Below are positions 18,407 to 28,751 of a stretch of DNA of 64,000 nt, one piece after another. Position numbers and translations under genes: made by a program. The notes below the pieces were generated by a model. It made no database searches and was not told where the DNA came from. It was given only the letters and a program-made list of their open reading frames with translations. Source of the DNA: Lutibacter sp. (GTDB taxonomy: Bacteria > Bacteroidota > Bacteroidia > Flavobacteriales > Flavobacteriaceae); assembly GCA_027449025.1 (NCBI GenBank), contig DAIDMK010000014.1, positions 27 to 64,026 on the forward strand, written 5' to 3'. The number at the start of each line of letters is the position of its first letter. The first letter of the stretch is position 1.

Positions 18407-19132
18407 ATGAGTTTTTATCAGCAAATTGCACCCTATTATCATCATATTTTTAAAGTTAATGTGAATCAAATTGATTTTATTAAGTCTAAACTATCAGAAA
18501 ATGATTGTACTATTATTGATGTTGGATGTGGAATAGGAACGCTCTCTTTTGAATTGATTGATTATTACAAAAATGTACTTGGAATTGATATGGATGCTGA
18601 AATGATACAAACAGCCATAAGAAAAAAGGAAAATGTATCAAAATCCGTTCAATTTCAGCAATTAAGTATGCTTAAATTAAATACTATGAACAATACAAAT
18701 TCTATAGGTGGTATTATTTGTTTTGGTAACACCTTAGTTCATTTGAATTCATTAGATGAAGTCGTTGATTTTTTACAACAATCAAAATCAATGCTTAAAA
18801 AAAACGGGAAATTATTGCTACAAATAGTAAATTATGATAGAATTATTACAAAAAACGTTAAGCAATTACCACTTATAGAAAATGATGAAATTATTTTTGA
18901 ACGAAATTATAGTCATAAAATATCAGAAAATAAGATTGATTTTAATACGCGATTAACTGTTAAAGCTTCCCAACAAATTATTGAAAACAGCATAAAATTA
19001 TTACCCTTATTAAAAAAGGATCTGATATTTTTATTAAAGAAGGCTGGTTTTAATTATTGCAATTATTATGGAAATTTTTATCAGGATTCTTATGCTATTG
19101 ATAGTCCTGCTTTAATTGTAGAAGCTTGGTAA
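18407..19132 (+). CDS. Class I SAM-dependent methyltransferase
   Basis: Motif I IIDVGCGIGT. The ATG at 18407 (MSFYQQIAPYYHH) is preferred over the non-ATG start at 18359. Confidence 0.8.
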   Translation: MSFYQQIAPYYHHIFKVNVNQIDFIKSKLSENDCTIIDVGCGIGTLSFELIDYYKNVLGIDMDAEMIQTAIRKKENVSKSVQFQQLSMLKLNTMNNTNSIGGIICFGNTLVHLNSLDEVVDFLQQSKSMLKKNGKLLLQIVNYDRIITKNVKQLPLIENDEIIFERNYSHKISENKIDFNTRLTVKASQQIIENSIKLLPLLKKDLIFLLKKAGFNYCNYYGNFYQDSYAIDSPALIVEAW

Positions 19133-19189
19133 TCAATTATTAAAATCATTTTTTACTAAAAATAATTATAAAGTAAAATTAGTTTTTAA

Positions 19190-19744
19190 TTATTCTTTTG
19201 AATCTATAAACGTTATGGTTGTTCTGTCAATCACAGTAACTTCAGAAATGGCCTCCATAAATGCTGTATAATCTATTTTTATAGAATTCTCTTTAGGAAG
19301 AGATTTTGGAGTCTCTTTTAGCGCAAATAAAGCAATAGTATATGTATGTTTCCCTGGTCCTTGAGAACAAGGAGATGTATAAGAAATGGCGGTTCCACCT
19401 TTATTTGAACCCATACTCCAATTTGGATTGTTAGCCATTTTGTATGGAATATCTGTAACGGATGGATCTATACCCCATAATAGTAAGTATGAATTTACTG
19501 CTGTTTTATCATCTTTTTTAGGGTAATGATATATTACAACTGCTAAAGATTTTGTTCCTTCAGGTACATTAGACCAAGATAAAGGTATAGCGTTTTCTAC
19601 GTCGTTAACTTTTTCTTCGCATTTATAAGCATCCAATAGTTTTCCATTAATTACAGCTTTACTAAATAATTTGAAATTTGGGTTAATGGTTATAAAATTG
19701 TCATAGTTTATAAGATGAAATTCCTTTATTATTGTTGCAAGCAT
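19190..19744 (-). CDS. YbhB/YbcL (PEBP/Raf-kinase-inhibitor-like) family protein; the N-terminus is probably disrupted (see finding)
   Basis: PEBP pattern PLSWSNVPEGTKSLAVVIYHYP...HTYTIALFAL. An out-of-frame lipoprotein signal peptide starts at 19814. Confidence 0.75.
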   Translation of the reverse strand: MLATIIKEFHLINYDNFITINPNFKLFSKAVINGKLLDAYKCEEKVNDVENAIPLSWSNVPEGTKSLAVVIYHYPKKDDKTAVNSYLLLWGIDPSVTDIPYKMANNPNWSMGSNKGGTAISYTSPCSQGPGKHTYTIALFALKETPKSLPKENSIKIDYTAFMEAISEVTVIDRTTITFIDSKE

Positions 19745-19823
19745 TAAACAAAATTAATATTACAGTTGTTGAAATTAGTACTATTATACTTTTTGTTGAT
19801 GTAATTTTATTCATTACTGGAAA

Positions 19824-20558
19824 TTATGAATTAAAAGAATTGTTGTTTACAAACTCCAAGAATTTTGGTTTGTATTGCTCTGAAACTGTAATACGTTGCT
19901 TGTTAATAATTATTTGACTACGCTCTATTTCTTCGATGTTTTTTAATGAAACAATAAAAGATCTGTGAACGCGCATAAATTGAGTTTTTGGAAGTTCTGC
20001 TTCCAAGGATTTTAAACTCATAAGCGTTAAAATAGGCTTCGGATTATCCTTCAACCAGATTTTAATATAATCTTTTAACCCTTCAAAATACAAGACATCT
20101 GAAAGTTTAATACGCAATTGTTTGTACTCTGATTTTACAAAAAGAAATTCTTTTTCTTTAGAAAATATGGTTTGTTGTTTTCCTTTTACCAAATTAAACC
20201 AGGTATTCGCTTTATTGGCAGCCGTCAAAAATTCAGCATAATCAAACGGTTTTAGTAAATAATCTAAAGCTTCTACTTTTATACCTTCTAACGCATATTG
20301 ATCAAATGCGGTTGTGAAAATAACACGTGTTTCATTGGGTAACATTTTAGAAAACTCAAGACCTGTTAAATCGGGCATTTGAATATCTAAAAATAATAAA
20401 TCTACCGGCTCATTTTTAATAAATTCAAGTGCTTCAATGGCGCTACTGCACTTTTTTTTTAACGCTAAAAAAGGTGTTTTTTCCACATAACTTTCAACTA
20501 AATTAAGCGCCATAGGCTCATCATCTACAATAACACAGGTGATTTTTATATTGCTCAT
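19824..20558 (-). CDS. LytR/AlgR-family response regulator (REC + LytTR DNA-binding domain)
   Basis: REC domain (VIVDDEPMAL...LFLDIQMPDLTGLE) and a C-terminal LytTR domain (FMRVHRSFIVSLKNI). Confidence 0.9.
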   Translation of the reverse strand: MSNIKITCVIVDDEPMALNLVESYVEKTPFLALKKKCSSAIEALEFIKNEPVDLLFLDIQMPDLTGLEFSKMLPNETRVIFTTAFDQYALEGIKVEALDYLLKPFDYAEFLTAANKANTWFNLVKGKQQTIFSKEKEFLFVKSEYKQLRIKLSDVLYFEGLKDYIKIWLKDNPKPILTLMSLKSLEAELPKTQFMRVHRSFIVSLKNIEEIERSQIIINKQRITVSEQYKPKFLEFVNNNSFNS

Positions 20559-20561
20559 AAT

Positions 20562-21596
20562 TTAAGTAGTTTCAATTTCTAAATGTACTAAAAAACAATT
20601 GTCTTTAACAGTCGTATTAAAGCTGTATTTATTTGGGTAGAGCAACTCTAAGCGTTTTTCCAAGTTTTGAAATCCAATTCCAGAACCACTTTTATCATCT
20701 GTTTTTTTAGGAAAATTATCGTTTTCAATGGTGAAAAATACAGCTTTATTATTAGAAGTCATCGTAATATTAATTTCACTTTCTTTAGTTGCTGAAACCC
20801 CATGTTTAAAGGAATTTTCTATTAATGAAATAAATAACAATGGTGCTATTTTAATTCCTGTTTCCACTGAAGGAAAACTATAATTAACGGTTGTTTTGTC
20901 TGATATACGCAACTTCATTAAATCAATATACTTTTTCATAAAATCAATTTCTTTTGAAAGTGGCACCAACTCCATATTTGTTTCGTATAGCATATAACGC
21001 ATCAACTTACTTAAGCTATGAATAGAAGTTTTAGCCTGATTTGGTGAAACATCTACCAATGCATAAATATTGTTGAGCGAGTTAAAAAAGAAATGCGGCT
21101 GTAACTGATAATGTAAATGTTGTAATTCTGATTGTAACTTAAAATTAGCTGCTTCTTTGCGTTCGGCTTCTGTTTCTACCCATCGTTTTGTGGTTTTCAT
21201 AGCAATAGAAAATAGCAATGGCGCAACGTAGGATAACATTTGTACATAAATAAATAATTTAAAAGGTGGACCACCCTTATCATCATTAGGTTGTTTTCTA
21301 AGGATTTCTTGGAAAAATGTATTTTCAATTTGTTCTTTTAAAATTAAAAACAACGCAATTATACCAAGGTTAATACCAATAAACAAAATCATTTTTTTTG
21401 TAAATAAAAATCGATCTATAAGTACAAAATAATTGATATAGAAAATGATGGCATAAAACCCTAATGGAATCCAAAAATGAGCAATAATTCTACTAATCTC
21501 TTGCGATTGTCCATACGACAATACAAAGGGCATACTAAATAGGACAAACCAAACTAGTAGGTGTGAAAAGAATGTTATTTTATTGTTTTTATGCAT
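20562..21596 (-). CDS. LytS/YehU-type sensor histidine kinase (membrane)
   Basis: N-terminal TM helices, a His_kinase-type H-box LQPHFFFNSLNNIYAL, and a C-terminal ATPase domain. Confidence 0.85.
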   Translation of the reverse strand: MHKNNKITFFSHLLVWFVLFSMPFVLSYGQSQEISRIIAHFWIPLGFYAIIFYINYFVLIDRFLFTKKMILFIGINLGIIALFLILKEQIENTFFQEILRKQPNDDKGGPPFKLFIYVQMLSYVAPLLFSIAMKTTKRWVETEAERKEAANFKLQSELQHLHYQLQPHFFFNSLNNIYALVDVSPNQAKTSIHSLSKLMRYMLYETNMELVPLSKEIDFMKKYIDLMKLRISDKTTVNYSFPSVETGIKIAPLLFISLIENSFKHGVSATKESEINITMTSNNKAVFFTIENDNFPKKTDDKSGSGIGFQNLEKRLELLYPNKYSFNTTVKDNCFLVHLEIETT

Positions 21597-21602
21597 AATT
21601 AA

Positions 21603-22823
21603 TTATTCGTAACGTAAAGCGGTTATTGGATCTAAAGCAGCTGCTTTTTTTGCCGGATACCATCCAAAAAAGATACCCGTAATAGCACAAACAGCAAAAG
21701 ATATTATTATAGAATACAATGCAATACTTGTAGGCCAATTTAAGAATTTTTCAATAAAAACTGTTGATGCAAGTCCTAAAATTACACCTAAAATTCCTCC
21801 TGTAATACTTATTAAAATAGCTTCAATTAAAAACTGCATTAAAATATCAGACCCCTTTCCTCCTACAGCCATTCGCAATCCGATTTCTTTGGTACGTTCT
21901 TTTACTGACACATACATAATATTCATAATTCCAATTCCACCTATTAATAATGAAATACTAGCTACCGCTACTAAAAGGATGGTTAACATTTCACTAGTAG
22001 AACTAAAGGTTGAAATTAATTCTTCCATAGAGCGTACATGAAAATCGTCCTCTTCATTTTCTGTTATTTTGTGTTGTTTTCGTAAAATTTCTGAAACTTG
22101 AGTTACTGCTTCTGGAGCATCATCTTCACTTATAGCAGATGCAATAATAGATTCTAAATGGTCTATTGCCAAAATTCGTTTTTGTACTGTAGTGTAAGGT
22201 GCAATCACCACATCGTCTTGATCTTGACCAAAGGTATTTTCTCCTTTTTCTTCTAAAACACCAATAATTTTAAAAGGAATATTATTAAAACGAATCATTT
22301 GCCCTATAGGTTCTTGACCATCAGGAAACACATTATCAACCACAGTTTGACCAATTAAAGCTACTTTAGCAGCCGATTGTACTTCTGCATCTGTAAACAT
22401 ACTTCCGCTTTGCAATTCGGTAATTTTAATTTTTAAGTACTCTGGGTTTACACCGTAAATTGTTGATGGCCAGTTATTAGAACCGTTAATAACTTGTCCG
22501 CCACCATTTACCAATGGAGTAACATAAGTTAATAAGTTTGCTTGTTCTTTAATGGCATAATAATCATTAAGCGTTAATGTTTCCATAGCACTTCGTTCTT
22601 GTCTAACACCACCTCGAACATCAGATCCAGGTCTAACAGTAATCATATTGGAACCCATACTAGAAATAGTAGAACGAATGCTTTCTTTTGAACCTTCACC
22701 AATTGCCAACATGGCTATTACTGAAGCCACTCCAATAATAATTCCTAACATGGTTAGCAAGGTTCTTGTTTTATTAAGAACGATGGCTTTAAAAGCGATT
22801 TTAATTAAATTTAATAGTCTCAT
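21603..22823 (-). CDS. MacB-type ABC transporter permease (FtsX-like with a periplasmic domain)
   Basis: 406 aa with the topology TM1, large periplasmic domain, three C-terminal TMs, and the typical C-terminus PAKKAAALDPITALRYE. Confidence 0.9.
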   Translation of the reverse strand: MRLLNLIKIAFKAIVLNKTRTLLTMLGIIIGVASVIAMLAIGEGSKESIRSTISSMGSNMITVRPGSDVRGGVRQERSAMETLTLNDYYAIKEQANLLTYVTPLVNGGGQVINGSNNWPSTIYGVNPEYLKIKITELQSGSMFTDAEVQSAAKVALIGQTVVDNVFPDGQEPIGQMIRFNNIPFKIIGVLEEKGENTFGQDQDDVVIAPYTTVQKRILAIDHLESIIASAISEDDAPEAVTQVSEILRKQHKITENEEDDFHVRSMEELISTFSSTSEMLTILLVAVASISLLIGGIGIMNIMYVSVKERTKEIGLRMAVGGKGSDILMQFLIEAILISITGGILGVILGLASTVFIEKFLNWPTSIALYSIIISFAVCAITGIFFGWYPAKKAAALDPITALRYE

Positions 22824-22825
22824 AA

Positions 22826-23569
22826 TTAATCGTCTTGTTTAGGTAATTTAGCTAATTCTTCTGCTGCAGATAGTATCTTAGGATTTTCATAATCTTTAAT
22901 AATATTTCCATCTCTTAAAACAATGGTTCTATTGCTAAAGGCTGCAATATCTGGCTCATGCGTTACAAAAGTAATAGTGATTCCTTGCTTGTTTAGATCT
23001 TGAAACAACGACATAATTTCGTAAGAGGTTCTTGTATCTAAATTTCCTGTAGCTTCATCTGCAAGAATCATTACAGGATTATTGACAAGTGATCTTGCAA
23101 TAGCAACACGTTGTTGTTGTCCTCCTGAAAGTTCTGAAGGCGTATGATCCATTCTATCAGCCAAACCAACCATTTCCAACGCTTTTGTAGCGCGTTCTTT
23201 ACGCTCTTCTGTAGACACTTTACTATTGTACAACAAGGGTAACTCTACATTTTCCAGCGCTGAAGTTCTAGCCAATAAATTATAAGATTGAAAAATGAAT
23301 CCTATTTTTTCGTTTCTTATGGTTGCTAATTGATTTCTACTCAGGTCTTTTACTTTTAAACCATCAATTTCATAGGTGCCAACGGTAGGCTGATCTAAGC
23401 ATCCTAAAATATTTAGTAGAGTACTTTTCCCAGAACCACTAGAGCCCATAATGGTAACAAACTCGCCTTCATTTATGGTAAATGAAATACCTCTTAGTGC
23501 ATGAACCGTTTCAGATCCCATAATAAACTCACGTTTTAAGTCTTCTATTTTAATAATTTCTTTACTCAT
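22826..23569 (-). CDS. ABC transporter ATP-binding protein (MacB/LolD-type)
   Basis: Walker [10 protein letters not shown], signature [14 protein letters not shown] and Walker [12 protein letters not shown]. Confidence 0.95.
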   Translation of the reverse strand: MSKEIIKIEDLKREFIMGSETVHALRGISFTINEGEFVTIMGSSGSGKSTLLNILGCLDQPTVGTYEIDGLKVKDLSRNQLATIRNEKIGFIFQSYNLLARTSALENVELPLLYNSKVSTEERKERATKALEMVGLADRMDHTPSELSGGQQQRVAIARSLVNNPVMILADEATGNLDTRTSYEIMSLFQDLNKQGITITFVTHEPDIAAFSNRTIVLRDGNIIKDYENPKILSAAEELAKLPKQDD

Positions 23570-23575
23570 AACTGT

Positions 23576-24781
23576 TTACTTTTTCTTGTTTCCTCCTGGT
23601 CTTTGTGGCATAAATGGACTTTCATTAGTTCCACTTAGAGTTGCTTCAGATTTAGAAACGCCTTTTAAGCTATAGACTAATTGTTCACCTTCAGTAACTC
23701 CACTTATTATTTGAACATTTACACCATCACTTGCCCCTAATGTTACTGTTTTTGATGTAATGCTTTTATCGTTTCCAAGCACCCAAAGTGTGGATTCATT
23801 TTTAGATGAATTAGTTGTGTTTTCTGGTAAATTATTCTCTAAATTATAACTTGCTAAAGTTGCAGTTTCTGGTTTAAAGTTGATAGCTTTTGCTTCCGCT
23901 GTTAACACATCTTTTAATTCTAAGGTATAAATAGAAATGGTTGCAGTTAAACCTGGTTTTAATTTTAAATCTGGGTTATCTGCTTTAATAACAACTGTAT
24001 AGGTAACCACATTTGAAGTAACGGTTGGGTCTAAACGCACTTGAGTTACTATCCCTTCAAAAGTTTCACCAATATAGGCATCAACCGTAAAAGATACACG
24101 TTGTCCATTTTTAACATATCCAATATCTGCTTCATCTACATCTGCTTCTACCTGCATTTCTTTTAGATCTTGCGCAATCGTAAAAAGTGTAGGAGTGCTA
24201 AAACTTGCTGCCACCGTTTGCCCTTCGTCTATAGCTCTAGAAAGCACAACACCATCAATTGGCGCATAGATATCTGCATAGCTTAAATTAGTTTTAGAAG
24301 ATTGTAAGTCTGATAAACGTTGTGTAACAGTTCCTTTTGCAGTTTTGTAATTGTATTCTGCTTCTTCAAAATCCGATTTGCTAATCACTTGATTTTCATA
24401 CAACGTTTTTTGTCTTTCATAAATAGTTCGCATGTAGTTTCTTTGATTTACAGCATTATCATAAGCAGCTTGTGCTTGTGTTTTAGAAGCTTTTAGGTTT
24501 GTTTTATCTAATTCAGCAATAAGCTGCCCTTCTTTTACTTCGCTGTTATAATCTACATATATTTTTTCAACAACACCAGAAACTTGTGTACCCACATCCA
24601 CCTGATTAATTGGTTCTATGGTTCCTGTTGCTGTAACCATTGTGGTTACATTTGCTTTTTTAGCTAAAACTGTTTTTGCTTCTATAATAATAGCATCGCC
24701 TCCTTTTAGAAAAGTGAAAGCTACAATAGCAAGTATAATAACTACTATGCTACTTATAATGATGGTTTTTTTATTTTTCAT
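23576..24781 (-). CDS. Efflux periplasmic adaptor subunit (HlyD/MacA-like membrane fusion protein)
   Basis: N-terminal TM anchor, a coiled-coil hairpin, and lipoyl and beta-barrel regions. Confidence 0.9.
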   Translation of the reverse strand: MKNKKTIIISSIVVIILAIVAFTFLKGGDAIIIEAKTVLAKKANVTTMVTATGTIEPINQVDVGTQVSGVVEKIYVDYNSEVKEGQLIAELDKTNLKASKTQAQAAYDNAVNQRNYMRTIYERQKTLYENQVISKSDFEEAEYNYKTAKGTVTQRLSDLQSSKTNLSYADIYAPIDGVVLSRAIDEGQTVAASFSTPTLFTIAQDLKEMQVEADVDEADIGYVKNGQRVSFTVDAYIGETFEGIVTQVRLDPTVTSNVVTYTVVIKADNPDLKLKPGLTATISIYTLELKDVLTAEAKAINFKPETATLASYNLENNLPENTTNSSKNESTLWVLGNDKSITSKTVTLGASDGVNVQIISGVTEGEQLVYSLKGVSKSEATLSGTNESPFMPQRPGGNKKK

Positions 24782-24792
24782 GAGTGTGTTGA

Positions 24793-26124
24793 TTATAGTT
24801 TGATATCGTTTCCTTGGTAAAATTGTAATAATTGATGGTATAAAATATTTAAGTATTTAGCTTGTAAATAGTTTTGTTGCGCATTGGTATATGTGTTTTG
24901 ACTAATCACCAAATCTGTGGTGCTTAATGCGCCTAATTCGTATTTTTTTTGTGCCAGCTTATAACTTTGTTCTGATGCTGTTTTTGAAGCTTCAGAAGCA
25001 ATAACTTGCTCTTGTGCTGATACTGCGTTTTGATAAGCTGTTTCTACTTTTTTATAGACATCCTTTTCTGTAGTTTGTTTCTGTATTTCAGCTTTTTCAA
25101 TATTGATAGTTGCCGTTTGTACAGCAGCTTTTGTTTGGTTTCTATTAAAAATGGGAATGTTTAACGATAAGCCAAGTCGCTGATTAAAATTAACATCAAA
25201 CTGATTTGAAAACGTATTGTTATTAATACTTGTATAACCTGAACCTAAACTTCCTGTTAAAGAAAGCGTTGGTAAAAAATCACCTTTAGCAATATCTAAT
25301 TCTTTCTCGTTGACAGCAACATTTAAGTTACTTGCCTGGATTTCTGGTAAAAACCCTAAAGCTTTACTATACACATCAATTTTATTAAGTTCCAGGTTAA
25401 CTAAATCCATATTTTCATTAATGGTTTCAATTTCTATAGCTTCCATTGGAGATAATTCCAATAATTGTTTTAGTGCAATTATATATTGTTGGTAATTGTT
25501 TTTAGCAGTAATTAGATTGTATTTGTTTGTTGCTGCCTGACTTTGTGCTTCGGTGTAATCGCTTAATGCAATTGTTTCAGCATCTAAACGATCTTTTGCT
25601 CTTAACACTTCCTTCTCTGAAGCTTCTAAATTGTTTTCGGCAATAACTATACTTTCTTTGCTGTATAAAGTTTGTAAATAGGTTTCTAAAAGGTTTAAAA
25701 CAATATTGTTCTTTTCTATTTCTTCTTGAAAAAAGCTTTGCTCTAATAATAATTTATTTTGTTTAATCTGATTGCTCACTTGGTTTCCCTGAAACAACGT
25801 TATAGAACTATTAATACCAACATTGGTACTGTTTATTTGCTCTGTAACATAATCACTGGTTATAGGGTCTATGGAGTTTCCGCTAGAAAAATTTTGTGAT
25901 GCGCTACCAAATAAATTAGGGAGTCTTGAAGATTTTGCTTTATTATAAGCTACTTCAGCTATATTCTTGTTTAATACAGCCTCTTTAACTGTAATATTAT
26001 TTTCTAGAGCATAGGAAATACAATCTTCTAAAGACCATATTTTTGGTGTTGTAGTAGTCGAAGTTTCTTGAGCAAAAGTAACTTGCACAAATAATAAACT
26101 TGCTATAATAAGATATAATTTCAT
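24793..26124 (-). CDS. TolC-family outer-membrane efflux protein
   Basis: Signal peptide followed by two OEP repeats; 443 aa. Confidence 0.9.
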   Translation of the reverse strand: MKLYLIIASLLFVQVTFAQETSTTTTPKIWSLEDCISYALENNITVKEAVLNKNIAEVAYNKAKSSRLPNLFGSASQNFSSGNSIDPITSDYVTEQINSTNVGINSSITLFQGNQVSNQIKQNKLLLEQSFFQEEIEKNNIVLNLLETYLQTLYSKESIVIAENNLEASEKEVLRAKDRLDAETIALSDYTEAQSQAATNKYNLITAKNNYQQYIIALKQLLELSPMEAIEIETINENMDLVNLELNKIDVYSKALGFLPEIQASNLNVAVNEKELDIAKGDFLPTLSLTGSLGSGYTSINNNTFSNQFDVNFNQRLGLSLNIPIFNRNQTKAAVQTATINIEKAEIQKQTTEKDVYKKVETAYQNAVSAQEQVIASEASKTASEQSYKLAQKKYELGALSTTDLVISQNTYTNAQQNYLQAKYLNILYHQLLQFYQGNDIKL

Positions 26125-26460
26125 TTTTTTGAATTTAACAGTTCAAAGGTGAAATTATATGTTCTTTAAATAAAAGGTAATAGACGTTTGGGTGGATTGG
26201 CTATATAAAAGCCCTTGTTTTATAGATGATATTTTTTGATTAAATTATAGATAAACTTAACCGAAGTTCTTCTTGGTTTTATTTTCAATCCACACACATT
26301 TATTCATTGTTTTATACTTTATTATTGGAAATTGTGAATGCACCGCATTTCATTAACATTGTTAATGAAGACTTTTTGGTATAAAACTTTTAATTATATG
26401 AAAAGTTACGGGTTGCTCTCAGTATAAGCTCCACGCCTAACATTATAATACAATTATAGG

Positions 26461-26496
26461 TGTAATTACTGTTTTTATAGTGTAATTACTGTTTTT
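26461..26496 (-). promoter_or_regulatory. Two 16-nt perfect direct repeats TGTAATTACTGTTTTT with 20-bp period; candidate LytTR regulator site
   Basis: Copies at 26461-26476 and 26481-26496, 337 bp upstream of the TolC start. The minus-sense core ACAGTAATT resembles LytTR half-sites. Confidence 0.3.
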
Positions 26497-26597
26497 TGGA
26501 TCTTCGAAATATCCCTTATTACCCGTTTAATTTGCTGACTCCAAAAAAAAATACACCCAAGTGGATGCATTTTTATTTTGATATAATTAAAACATTT

Positions 26598-27293
26598 TTA
26601 TTTTATTCCTTCAAAATCCGTGTCCATTTTTATATAATCCAAAAACTCCCGACGAACATTTTCATCTTTAAATTTACCACCGAATTCTGATGTTACCGTA
26701 CTGCTTTCGATATCACGCACGCCACGGGAATTTACGCACAAATGTTTGGCGTCGATAACGCAGGCAACATCATCCGTTCCTAAAGCTTCTTGTAACGACT
26801 GCACAACTTGCATCGTTAACCGCTCTTGAACTTGTGGTCTTTTCGCAAAATAATCAACAATGCGATTCATTTTAGACAAGCCGATGACATTTCCGTTAGA
26901 AATATAAGCAACATGAGCCCTGCCTACAATAGGCAATAAATGATGTTCACAAGTTGAATAAACAACAATATTTTTTTCAACCAACATCTCGCCATATTTA
27001 TAATTATTGTCGAACGTTGATAATTTAGGTTTGTTGGCTGGATTTAACCCAGCAAAAAGTTCATTCACAAATGATTTTGCCACTCTTTTTGGAGTTCCTT
27101 TTAAACTATCATCTTCCAAATTCATCCCTAAAGTGATCAAAATATCTTTCACGCTCGCTTGGATGCGTGCTATTTTTTCTTGGTCTGAAATATCAAAAGC
27201 ATCAGCTCTCAAAGGCGTTTTAGCGGATGATCCTACGTGATCATCTCCCATTTCATCAATTCTATTTGTCATTATGTTTTTACCTTCAAACAT
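26598..27293 (-). CDS. folE: GTP cyclohydrolase I
   Basis: Conserved CEHHLLP and HLC motifs. An alternative start is at 27272 (MTNRIDEM). Confidence 0.95.
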   Translation of the reverse strand: MFEGKNIMTNRIDEMGDDHVGSSAKTPLRADAFDISDQEKIARIQASVKDILITLGMNLEDDSLKGTPKRVAKSFVNELFAGLNPANKPKLSTFDNNYKYGEMLVEKNIVVYSTCEHHLLPIVGRAHVAYISNGNVIGLSKMNRIVDYFAKRPQVQERLTMQVVQSLQEALGTDDVACVIDAKHLCVNSRGVRDIESSTVTSEFGGKFKDENVRREFLDYIKMDTDFEGIK

Positions 27294-27331
27294 TTTTACT
27301 CATTAAATAAAGTGCAAATTTACAACTTATT

Positions 27332-28708
27332 TTAAAGTTGCGCCGTGATTCTAATTAATTCTTTTATGTCGCAAACCTCCTGTTCGCCACTTTGCATATT
27401 TTTTAAAGTGTATACTTTATTATCAATTTCGTCAGCGCCGACCATAACAACATAAGGAATTTCTCTTTTATTGGCGTAATTCATCTGCTTTTTCAATTTG
27501 GTGCTATCGGGATACAATTCCGATTTAATGTTGTTTTTTCGTAATTCAACTAAGGCTTTCATACAAAAAGCGGCTTCGGCATCACCAAAATTAATAAAAA
27601 GCACTTTTGGTTTTGGAAGCTCCAAGTCAGTAAATAAATTTAATTCTTCTAACACCAAATAAATACGGTCAAGTCCAAAAGAAATACCAACACCACTCAT
27701 ATTATTTAAACCAAATATTCCGGTTAAATCGTCATATCTGCCACCGCCACCAATCGACCCCATATTTACACCGTCGGGTGCGGAAACTTCATAAATAGCA
27801 CCAGTATAATAATTTAACCCGCGCGCCAAGGTAACATCAATCACCAATTTTGCCGATTCCAGTCCGAATTTTTCAACATTATCAAGTACAAAACGCAAAT
27901 CTTCTACACCACTAATTCCTTCTTTAGATTCGGTCAATAAAGATTCTAATTGATTTAATTTATCTTGGTTGTTTCCTTCAAAGCTGAATAAAGGTTTTAC
28001 TTTTTTAATGGCTTGTTGCGAAATACCTTTTTCCATCATCTCTTTAGCAACACCATCAGCGCCAATCTTGTCCAATTTATCAAGTGCCACCGTAAAGTCG
28101 ATTAATTTATCCGCAGCACCTATAATTTCAGCAATCCCAGCCAATATTTTGCGATTGTTTAATTTGATGGTGGTTCCCGGTAAATTTAATTTGCTGAAAA
28201 CAGCATCATATAATTGCACAAATTCAATTTCCTGCCACAAACTTTTACTTCCAACCACATCTGCATCGCATTGGTAAAATTCTCTAAAACGTCCTTTTTG
28301 CGGACGGTCGGCACGCCAAACAGGTTGCATTTGATAGCGTTTAAAAGGAAACTCAATTTCATTTTGGTGCTGAACCACATAACGGGCAAAAGGCACTGTT
28401 AAATCGTAACGCAAGGCCTTTTCAGATATTTTTGAAGTAACTTTTAAACTGTCTTTTGCTTGAAGTAATCCATCATCAACCTTGTTCAAATAATCTCCCG
28501 AATTCAATATTTTAAAAATAAGTCGGTCTCCCTCTTCCCCATATTTCCCCATTAAGGTTTCAGAATTTTCAAAACTTGGAGTTTCTATAGGCTGAAATCC
28601 GTATGTTTCAAACACCTGACGAATGGTTGAAAATATGTAGTTCCTTTTTGCCACTTCGGAAGGGGAAAAATCGCGTGTTCCTTTTGGAATGCTAGGTTTT
28701 TGTGCCAT
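27332..28708 (-). CDS. hisS: Histidine--tRNA ligase
   Basis: Class II aaRS motifs and the HisRS pattern (GGGGRYD); 458 aa. Confidence 0.95.
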   Translation of the reverse strand: MAQKPSIPKGTRDFSPSEVAKRNYIFSTIRQVFETYGFQPIETPSFENSETLMGKYGEEGDRLIFKILNSGDYLNKVDDGLLQAKDSLKVTSKISEKALRYDLTVPFARYVVQHQNEIEFPFKRYQMQPVWRADRPQKGRFREFYQCDADVVGSKSLWQEIEFVQLYDAVFSKLNLPGTTIKLNNRKILAGIAEIIGAADKLIDFTVALDKLDKIGADGVAKEMMEKGISQQAIKKVKPLFSFEGNNQDKLNQLESLLTESKEGISGVEDLRFVLDNVEKFGLESAKLVIDVTLARGLNYYTGAIYEVSAPDGVNMGSIGGGGRYDDLTGIFGLNNMSGVGISFGLDRIYLVLEELNLFTDLELPKPKVLFINFGDAEAAFCMKALVELRKNNIKSELYPDSTKLKKQMNYANKREIPYVVMVGADEIDNKVYTLKNMQSGEQEVCDIKELIRITAQL

Positions 28709-28751
28709 GTTTAAAAATTAGTTTGCAAATATCTAAAAATTAAAAAACTAT

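Noticed and set aside
26496-26690. 64-aa plus-strand ORF
   Set aside because: It starts with a non-ATG codon, overlaps the 3-prime end of folE in antisense, and is low in complexity.
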